This document shows, piece after piece, positions 57,023 through 64,000 of a stretch of 64,000 nt of DNA (positions are counted from its first letter, which is position 1; each line of letters starts with the position of its first letter). The DNA is taken from positions 1 to 64,000 of IMG/VR virus record IMGVR_UViG_3300036939_000082. One strand, written 5' to 3'. The stretch is from a virus. Both the position numbers and the translations under genes were made by a program. The notes beneath the pieces were generated by a model. That model was given only the letters and a program-made list of their open reading frames with translations, searched no databases and had not been told where the DNA came from.

Positions 57023-58276
57023 ATGTTGTGTGCAACTGAATTTAGTGGGGCTGGGACAGTCGATCATGCTTTCAAGCGACGCGGTGGAAAAATAGTTTTT
57101 GCAGTTGAATATTGGAAAAAAATGGCAGATGAGATGTACATCCCAAATCATGGAGCTGAACATCTTTTAATCTCAAAAGTCCAAGATATGTGTACAGAAA
57201 GTTTTAAAATTGGTAAAGGCAATTTAGATATATTTTGGGCATCACCGGAATGCGACGAATTTTCAAAAGGCAAAAAAGGTGGTGCAGAAGGGCTAGAGCA
57301 GACGAGTTCTGCTTTTGCGATCGCCGACCACATCAAAATATTGATGTCGAAGTGTGTGGTTATCGAAAACGTCGAGGGCTACGTTGGCTCTAGGAGTTAC
57401 AACCATTTGAAACTCACATTGAGCAAGTTGTTTTATAGCACACAGACTTTCCTGTTAAATGCCGCTGACTACGGAACGCCGCAAACCAGGAAGCGGATGT
57501 ACCTGATTGCAACTCGCAAAGACATTGGCTCAGTACCGGCGATCGCCCCAACACACGCCAAGCATCCGATGCCTTCACTGTTTGGCGATCCTATCAAACC
57601 TTGGAAAGGTTGGCTTGAGGCGGTAGCAGACTTGTTGCCCGATCGCCCTTACTATACCTGGAATTCGGAAAAATCTGATTGGGTGTTCCATCAAACCAAT
57701 GGCGACCGCATGACCAACGGTTTAGCTAAGTGGCAGATGAATCGACTGAAAGAGGCGATCGCCTTTGGCAAACTCAAGGAATTCAGTTCCTTAATAGTAG
57801 ACGGTAAAAATGCTGGTCGCGAAATCACCTTTTGCAATGAGCAAAAGCCTGCCTACACGATCGTCGGCAGTTGCAATTCAGAAAGTCACTGGCCGACAGC
57901 CATACTTGTTCCGGGGGCAAACGCTGGCAACAATTCTCCAACTGTTCGGTTAGGTGACAAGCCAACAGTAACGATAACTCCGGGCGTATACCCTACGGGA
58001 GTGCTGTCGGGCGATCGGATAAAACTGAATCCGCTAAAAACCCCTGAATCTCAACTTCAAATCATTCTCGAAAACTGCATTTTTGTGAAATTTTCCACAA
58101 GAATGCTGGCGAGGTTGCAGGGGCTGAGTGACGACTACAAATTGCCTAATAACAATGCACTTGCTAGCGAAGGAATCGGCAACGGCGTTGCCGTAGAAGT
58201 TGCTGAAGCTATTTATACGGCACTTGAAAAACAAATTAATCGTAGTAGTAACGGATTCCAACGTCATGCTTGTTGA
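57023..58276 (+). CDS. Second C5-cytosine DNA methyltransferase
   Basis: FSGAG (I), SPECDEFS (IV variant), ENV (VI), QTRKR (VIII), GNGV (X). Confidence 0.9.
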   Translation: MLCATEFSGAGTVDHAFKRRGGKIVFAVEYWKKMADEMYIPNHGAEHLLISKVQDMCTESFKIGKGNLDIFWASPECDEFSKGKKGGAEGLEQTSSAFAIADHIKILMSKCVVIENVEGYVGSRSYNHLKLTLSKLFYSTQTFLLNAADYGTPQTRKRMYLIATRKDIGSVPAIAPTHAKHPMPSLFGDPIKPWKGWLEAVADLLPDRPYYTWNSEKSDWVFHQTNGDRMTNGLAKWQMNRLKEAIAFGKLKEFSSLIVDGKNAGREITFCNEQKPAYTIVGSCNSESHWPTAILVPGANAGNNSPTVRLGDKPTVTITPGVYPTGVLSGDRIKLNPLKTPESQLQIILENCIFVKFSTRMLARLQGLSDDYKLPNNNALASEGIGNGVAVEVAEAIYTALEKQINRSSNGFQRHAC

Positions 58277-58556
58277 ACAAGAAATTATTTATTGGAAACG
58301 ACAACATCCACCACTCCTAATTCCAGCAATCGCCGGAAAACGTTTTTCAATAGGAATTGACCCGCTTGACAACACTCGCTTTGTCTTGATATGGAAAAAT
58401 ACTGGTACTGTAGCTTATGAATTTGTCACCGCACAATGCTTAGTGGGTTGTTTCAAAGAGCTGGAATTTTCCGATTCTAAATTAGATGACAATCGCTTGT
58501 TGTTTCTTGATCTTGTAGAAAAATGGCGGTCTATTGAGCGTGACACACAACTATAA
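58266..58556 (+). CDS. Hypothetical protein
   Basis: ORF overlapping the methyltransferase end. Confidence 0.5.
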   Translation: MLVEQEIIYWKRQHPPLLIPAIAGKRFSIGIDPLDNTRFVLIWKNTGTVAYEFVTAQCLVGCFKELEFSDSKLDDNRLLFLDLVEKWRSIERDTQL

Positions 58557-58613
58557 CGTCACACTTGTTAATAGAAAAATGTCCACTGAACCGAACGCAA
58601 CAAAACAAAAAAC

Positions 58614-59357
58614 ATGAAACCAGTAACTCAAGAACGAATCCTAAAAGCTTTGGATAAATTATTCACTCGGACGCACAATAGTAAAACAATGAAGCAGACC
58701 CAAGCTTTTGCGCTGCACGGTCTGAAAACTTTGACTGGTTCATTGCAACCAATTGATAGCGACAAACTGGAGTTGGAACTTTCACTGATTGAAGGTGATC
58801 GACCCACCAGTCGCGCAGATTTTTCCGCCAAACTGAATCGCTTAATGGATATTCATCACGAAAGGCGATCTCGTATTCTCGACATTCAAGTTAAGCATCG
58901 GGTCAGTGGATTAGAGTGGCAGCATATTGAGCAGACTGAAACAAGTAGCAATTTTTACTTTTTAACTTTCAATCCTCTGTTGCGACAAATTCCCAGTGAT
59001 ATGCAATTGTTAGCAAAGCAAAAGCCTTACGTTGTTCAACACTGGATTGATTATGCTGTCACTGCTATTTTGACGGTCTATCAGAATGTTGAGGATGAAT
59101 GGCAGCCTACAGCGCTTGATCGAGTCTGGACAAAGAGTTCTGAGTTTGATTGGGCTATGATTTCGATTGATAAGTATTACCTTTCGCCAAAAATGATGAA
59201 AGTTAGGGGTTTTGATAGCCCGCAAAAAAAACCTGAGATGCCTGACGATAAATTACACGTTGAATGCGACTTGACGATCGGGAGAGGCGAAGATTTTGAC
59301 AGTATTGATGCAGACATTCTTTGGTTCCGTGCCACTAATCATCAACTAAACTTTTAA
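58614..59357 (+). CDS. Hypothetical protein
   Basis: 247-aa ORF followed by a terminator hairpin near 59375-59412. Confidence 0.6.
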   Translation: MKPVTQERILKALDKLFTRTHNSKTMKQTQAFALHGLKTLTGSLQPIDSDKLELELSLIEGDRPTSRADFSAKLNRLMDIHHERRSRILDIQVKHRVSGLEWQHIEQTETSSNFYFLTFNPLLRQIPSDMQLLAKQKPYVVQHWIDYAVTAILTVYQNVEDEWQPTALDRVWTKSSEFDWAMISIDKYYLSPKMMKVRGFDSPQKKPEMPDDKLHVECDLTIGRGEDFDSIDADILWFRATNHQLNF

Positions 59358-59466
59358 ACAACATTTACAAAATAAAAACCCGACGCAATCGAGGGATTGA
59401 ATCGGGTTTTTTTAGTGACAACTCAAGGGAGTTGTCGGCAATCTAGTCGAGGGACTTAATCGCCCG

Positions 59467-60285
59467 TTATTGATTGACCATCAACCAGTCCACAAGGGCT
59501 GGCTTTTTGGCTGATTTTTTAGGCTTTGCAACTGAGGAGCTGCTTTCCGCAATTAACTCGCGGAGTTTCAGTATGGTGAGCTGGTTGAGCTCGCGTTTAG
59601 ATTTTTTCTTTTTGGGTGTACGTTGGACGTACACCCCTGGGAACGACAGAGCTAATATTTCTGTTTGTTTCCCAATAGTAATTACCTTGCCGAGGGGTTC
59701 GGTAGTTACTGGGACGATCGCCTCAAGGGATTTGATCGCCTCATCTGGTTCTGCAACCGCCAACTCAAGGGAGCGGGCGATCGCGCTTGTGACCTGATAC
59801 TCGAATGCAGTTCTTTCCAAGGGGATAGGTGCTGCACCGACAAGCATCAGCGTTGTGAGTGCGACTGGTAACTCAAGGGAGTTGGTCGCAGGTTGTGGTT
59901 TACGCTGGGCGCTCGACTCAAGGGAGGCGATCGCTGCTTTCTCAAACGCAGTTCTTTCCGAGGGGAAAGATTTTGCATTTAAAATAGAGGTTGGGCGATC
60001 GTTATTAGTCGGTTTTGGGATTGTCGATATCATCCAATTCTCAAGGGAGGTTTGAAGGGTGTCAACAATGCCGTCGATCGCGGACAAGAGCCAGTTAAAG
60101 CCACTCAGTGCCTGCTGAATGGCTTTAACTGCTTTGCAGGCAACCTTGGCAACAAATAGGATTGTCGCCAAGATTACTTGCACTACTTCGATTGCAGACT
60201 GAATCAGTCTGATGATTAAGTTCAGTGTTGCCAATACGAAGACTGCCAGCATTGCTACTGACATGAAAATGTTTTGAAGTTTCAT
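59467..60285 (-). CDS. Membrane-anchored protein with C-terminal Rho_N/HeH-like domain
   Basis: Hydrophobic N-terminus; ELNQLTILKLREL ... K.KK.ALVD.L. Confidence 0.6.
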   Translation of the reverse strand: MKLQNIFMSVAMLAVFVLATLNLIIRLIQSAIEVVQVILATILFVAKVACKAVKAIQQALSGFNWLLSAIDGIVDTLQTSLENWMISTIPKPTNNDRPTSILNAKSFPSERTAFEKAAIASLESSAQRKPQPATNSLELPVALTTLMLVGAAPIPLERTAFEYQVTSAIARSLELAVAEPDEAIKSLEAIVPVTTEPLGKVITIGKQTEILALSFPGVYVQRTPKKKKSKRELNQLTILKLRELIAESSSSVAKPKKSAKKPALVDWLMVNQ

Positions 60286-60639
60286 GATTGTTTTGTGTTC
60301 TAAATTACTTGCAAAATATTTGTGAAGTGTTATTTTGCCTATACTTAATTATAACTTATAATTACACAATATACAACAATTTTAGATGTTTATTGATGGA
60401 TTTATACGAAAAAGCCTCGGAATTAAATTCCAAGACTTTTCAGTTAAATCGTTATTACTGCTTTACCATTGTCTTATATATTCGCCTCTAGATTCGTCCC
60501 AGACATAAGTTTGCTGAACGGGAAAAGGTGGAGGTAAAGCACGGTCTTTATCGCTAGGAGGAGGAGGTGGTACTATCTTATCTATTCCTGGTGGCATAGT
60601 TTTGTGCTTGTTTGTTATAACAATCTAATTATAATACAT

Positions 60640-61680
60640 TTAATTGCTAATGTTACGCATTAATACCTTGAAACTCATTGTAGGCAAGCTTCCGCTTTTG
60701 ATATAATTTTGCGTTCCCTTTTTTAAACTTCCAACTACTTGCAGCCCGATCGCCAGGTCGTGTGGCGGGGAATAAACACTACCACTTTGCTGAATCAGTG
60801 ACATCAACCCGATCGCCACCTGTCTCGCTTCGCCTTCTTTCGATGCGATGCAGGAAATTTCGATCGCCCGATCGCTTCCGTAAACCAGCGGCACTTTAAT
60901 GCTTTCGTTTTCTGAAACTTGAATGGCATCTTCCCATTGTGGTCGGTGGTGAACGCCTTCTTCGATTTCGCGAATCACGACGCAGGGAACAGTCGATATT
61001 TGGTAGAGGTACTGACTGAACTCGACGCTGGGACACACAGAGAATAGCAGTTGCCCGATCGCCCCACCTGTTAATTTTTCAGAAAGCTGTATATTTCCCA
61101 ATTCTGGTACGGGCGTCGCCGAGACAGGGAGCTGATTGAATAGCTGGAATTTTACGTCTGTCAGAGCGCTTCCGTCAAAGCCCTGTGGGAAAGGGGTTGA
61201 ATATCCGTCGCTGTTGATTGCCACGTTCTGGGAAAAGGCGATCGGCGTTTTCAGTTTCTGAGGCAGTGCGGTTTCCAGAAGGTATTCCACTATGTCCTGG
61301 CGGACGCAGTAGCCTACCTTTAGTTCTTTAAACAATGAGTTAGGTTCAATTTTAACTAAAAACTGAATTGCTCCAGCCCATTTAGATATTCCCGCCCGAA
61401 TTTCCGCAGGTGTGGCAAAAACAGGAAATTCAGATTCTTCCCAGCGCCCGTTAGTGAAGTAAAACCAATTGTCGCCCGTTGAGGTGATCGCCGCGCTCAT
61501 TTTGCCAAACCCGTTCAACTCAAATCCCATCCAACTGTCTGCAAGTCTTGGGTGAAGGATAGGAAGCAAGATTTCTGCTGCATTCTTTCGATCTTTGGTT
61601 GTCCAGAATTTGTCAAATTTTACTAGATTTTTATAGGCGATCGGGGCGATCGAATTGTCAAAAGTACGAATAACTTGCAT
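60640..61680 (-). CDS. Putative neck/tail-terminator-type structural protein
   Basis: GC-richer ORF near the neck gene; C-terminal PCVVIRE ... IEISCIA...EAR pattern like tail-completion proteins. Confidence 0.4.
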   Translation of the reverse strand: MQVIRTFDNSIAPIAYKNLVKFDKFWTTKDRKNAAEILLPILHPRLADSWMGFELNGFGKMSAAITSTGDNWFYFTNGRWEESEFPVFATPAEIRAGISKWAGAIQFLVKIEPNSLFKELKVGYCVRQDIVEYLLETALPQKLKTPIAFSQNVAINSDGYSTPFPQGFDGSALTDVKFQLFNQLPVSATPVPELGNIQLSEKLTGGAIGQLLFSVCPSVEFSQYLYQISTVPCVVIREIEEGVHHRPQWEDAIQVSENESIKVPLVYGSDRAIEISCIASKEGEARQVAIGLMSLIQQSGSVYSPPHDLAIGLQVVGSLKKGTQNYIKSGSLPTMSFKVLMRNISN

Positions 61681-61748
61681 TAATTCAGAAGTTAAAACTA
61701 TAAATTTGAAATTATACAATAAAATAAGACCAAAAGCTCTATTTAACG

Positions 61749-62099
61749 TTGAATTTAATATATTTCTATGATATAATAATAGTAATAAACACAAAACAAG
61801 GCATTATGAGCTTAAATAATCACGTCAATCGGAGCAATCCGATCAAATTTGTGATGGAATTTTTCCCGGTGGTAGCTTCTTTGTTGGAATTCGGCGAGGC
61901 AATCGTCGAAACAGTTGAGATGTCCTACATTCATGGATTTATAATACATATCCCTGTTCACTTTATAAGTGAAGTTGTAGGGTTGACACTAGCTCAATAC
62001 GCCATCGCATTCTTAATAGCCTATAAAAGTAAGTGGTCAAAACACTCTGTGAACGCAACTTTAGAAGTAGTATTACTACTATATTGCGTGTTTAATTAA
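61749..62099 (+). CDS. Hypothetical membrane protein
   Basis: ORF; probable ATG at 61806. Confidence 0.45.
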   Translation: MNLIYFYDIIIVINTKQGIMSLNNHVNRSNPIKFVMEFFPVVASLLEFGEAIVETVEMSYIHGFIIHIPVHFISEVVGLTLAQYAIAFLIAYKSKWSKHSVNATLEVVLLLYCVFN

Positions 62100-62125
62100 G
62101 ACATAAAGCCGTAAGACAAAAAGTT

Positions 62126-62671
62126 TTACGGCTTTATTTTTTTGTTTTTACCAAAGACAATATTATTGAAGTCTCGCTTCAGCCTAATTTTTGCTTCATC
62201 GATCGCCCGATGGATGGAATCGCTCCAAGATCCGCGACCCGGTACGACGATCGCCATCGTATCGGTTCGCAAGAAGATTCCCCTCGAAGCAAGGAAGCCT
62301 CGCATTTTTGGGGTAAGGGTAATTGTGGCTCCCCTGTCTTGGACTATCGCCACCACGGTCGGTTTGCCGGATGGAATTCCTACCCAGGCGATCGCGCCCT
62401 TGGCGTTAGCCTTGCTTCCAAATTCTATGTGATTTAAGATGCCGGAGCCGTCGGGTTCCCCGTACTGGCTGTAAAGATACTCGGTTGCTTCCGACAGCGG
62501 AGGAGGCGCGCCGCCCCTACCCTGTGTCGCCAAGTGCGATTGGTAGGTTTCTTCAAAATCCTGCGCTGACTCCTCCGCCCATTTTTGCCCAGTCGGCACT
62601 ACTTGTTTTTGGATTTGAGTTAGGCGCGATCGGAGTGCAGGAAACTCGTTTTTAGTTACTTTAAATTTCAT
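62126..62671 (-). CDS. Phage virion morphogenesis / neck protein (Mu gpG-like)
   Basis: VQDRGATI.LTPKMRGFL...GI.LR.DT..IVVPGR. Confidence 0.7.
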   Translation of the reverse strand: MKFKVTKNEFPALRSRLTQIQKQVVPTGQKWAEESAQDFEETYQSHLATQGRGGAPPPLSEATEYLYSQYGEPDGSGILNHIEFGSKANAKGAIAWVGIPSGKPTVVAIVQDRGATITLTPKMRGFLASRGIFLRTDTMAIVVPGRGSWSDSIHRAIDEAKIRLKRDFNNIVFGKNKKIKP

Positions 62672-62748
62672 AGTTTATTTTACTTGTTTAGACTTTATTT
62701 CTTTGTTATAATAATAAAGTAACACAAATGTAAACAAAAGCAAATTCC

Positions 62749-63138
62749 ATGACAACTACATTTCCTAAAGCTACACTGACAAAAGTAGATTTTACGTCAG
62801 ATCCATTCGTTTTTCGTAGACCCGATGATTCGTTAATAAGTAAACGGGTACTGGTTGACTGTCATAAAGCAAGCCAGCCTATTACAATATCCCTTTACGA
62901 TTATCGTGGATATCACTGTTCTATCTGGATAAAAGATACTCACTGCTTAACTGGACACGGGAAAGGCTCAACCATTTTAAAAGCCTTAGTTGGAGCTTTA
63001 AATGAGATTGGCATCACTTTTGAAACACCAATACCCGAAAACCTCACAACTCAAGAACAAATAGAGGGTGTCATGCACGCGATTGCAGATGCACTGCAAA
63101 TCAACCAATCAAGAGTGATCACACACGCTTGGACATAA
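62749..63138 (+). CDS. Hypothetical protein
   Basis: Own promoter and terminator. Confidence 0.65.
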   Translation: MTTTFPKATLTKVDFTSDPFVFRRPDDSLISKRVLVDCHKASQPITISLYDYRGYHCSIWIKDTHCLTGHGKGSTILKALVGALNEIGITFETPIPENLTTQEQIEGVMHAIADALQINQSRVITHAWT

Positions 63139-63162
63139 TTGACACCATAAACTAAGCGGTAA

Positions 63163-63199
63163 AAGCCCGTAGCTTAATTAATAAGCTACGGGCTTTTTA
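63163..63199 (+). terminator. Intrinsic terminator (similar copy at about 63527-63561)
   Basis: AAAGCCCGTAGCTTA-ATTAA-TAAGCTACGGGCTTTTT. Confidence 0.8.
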
Positions 63200-63260
63200 T
63201 TTGTTTGAATTATTATTGTTTGGTATAATGAAAGAGTGACACAATCGTAAACTTAAAACA

Positions 63261-63515
63261 ATGACACATACAACGTTCTCACACATACGCAATTCCGCTT
63301 ACTTTTCTTTCATAGATAGAGACAAGGAACCGAAAAGCCCAGAGGGATTAGAAGGCAACGTATGGAAAAAAGTATCCATACGGAAAATCCGCAAACTAGG
63401 CGAAACTAAAGAAAAAATATTTGCAAAAGCAGATACACCAGTTGTTTTAGTTGCAAATAACCTAGACGACTTGATTGCAAAAAATCCGGTCTACGTCTCA
63501 ATTAAAGAGAGCTAG
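63261..63515 (+). CDS. Hypothetical protein
   Basis: Own promoter and terminator. Confidence 0.6.
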   Translation: MTHTTFSHIRNSAYFSFIDRDKEPKSPEGLEGNVWKKVSIRKIRKLGETKEKIFAKADTPVVLVANNLDDLIAKNPVYVSIKES

Positions 63516-63627
63516 TGTTTAACACAAAACTCGTAGCCTATTAATCAAGCTGCGGGCTTTTATTTGCTTAACACATACATATTTGTTACAATAAAAGAGT
63601 AACACAGAGTAAACTAAAACAAATCTA

Positions 63628-64000
63628 ATGACAAGAACACCATCTCAAAAACAATCCATAAATAGGTTTGTCAAAGAATACAAAAGAGGCGTAGAACTTA
63701 CCAATAGCGGAACAAAGGTTAATGTAGGTTCTTGGAACTACGATTATGTTGATAGAGAAGGTTTGCGTCAATGGTTTATGTCTGGATTAAACCGTAAAAT
63801 AAATTCCCACGGTAACATCCGACAAGAGTACCGAAACTATAGCATAGATTTGTATAGAGATTGTCAAATCTATACTGCTTGGAAACAAAAAGGTCAAAAA
63901 ACCCAATGGGGTTTTGGTTTTCGCAGTTTATATTTCAAAAAACGATTTCCTGAAATACAATTAGAGATGAAAGAGGTTGAAATAGAATTCAAAGAACATT
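63628..64000 (+). CDS. Hypothetical protein, partial (runs off window end)
   Basis: Open frame MTRTPSQKQSINRFVKEY... from ATG 63628. Confidence 0.6.
   Translation, partial: MTRTPSQKQSINRFVKEYKRGVELTNSGTKVNVGSWNYDYVDREGLRQWFMSGLNRKINSHGNIRQEYRNYSIDLYRDCQIYTAWKQKGQKTQWGFGFRSLYFKKRFPEIQLEMKEVEIEFKEH

Larger units (their letters stand above)
62684..63620 (+). promoter_or_regulatory. Three repeated promoter cassettes
   Basis: TTGYTT-N17-TAYAAT at 62684, 63201 and 63564, each followed by AGTRACACA-N2-3-GTAAAC. Confidence 0.75.

Noticed and set aside
1-64000. tRNA, rRNA or integrase/att site
   Set aside because: None recognisable by eye; tRNAscan-SE/ARAGORN would be needed to exclude atypical tRNAs.

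Overview
No host housekeeping genes, rRNAs, tRNAs or CRISPR arrays were found. The window looks like part of a large temperate myovirus or phage-plasmid of a filamentous cyanobacterium. HIP1 (GCGATCGC) is very dense, and Pex and pentapeptide genes are cyanobacterial types. Virion and packaging genes are present: a TerS-like fragment, TerL, baseplate J, a gp25-like wedge, a tube-initiator-like protein, a hub with RlpA and M15 domains, a gp26-like chaperone and neck proteins. They are not in an operon; each stands alone among AT-rich cargo genes on both strands. Also present are a Rep-type initiator with a probable antisense-RNA attenuator, a 7-kb FtsK/TraB-like membrane ATPase operon, and a DNA-modification block (DndC, a second PAPS-reductase-family protein, ASCH, DUF488, SF2 helicase, DUF5131, two C5 methyltransferases). 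There are three HNH endonucleases and three TnpB-less IS200/IS605 remnants that keep omegaRNA-like ends. The best leads are a phage-borne Pex circadian regulator, a stand-alone Csx3/Crn3-like possible anti-type III CRISPR protein, an unannotated MazE C-terminal peptide among other orphan antitoxin domains, a tandem omegaRNA-like pair with covariation, and DndC without DndD. All family assignments are by eye from remembered motifs; no database search was run.
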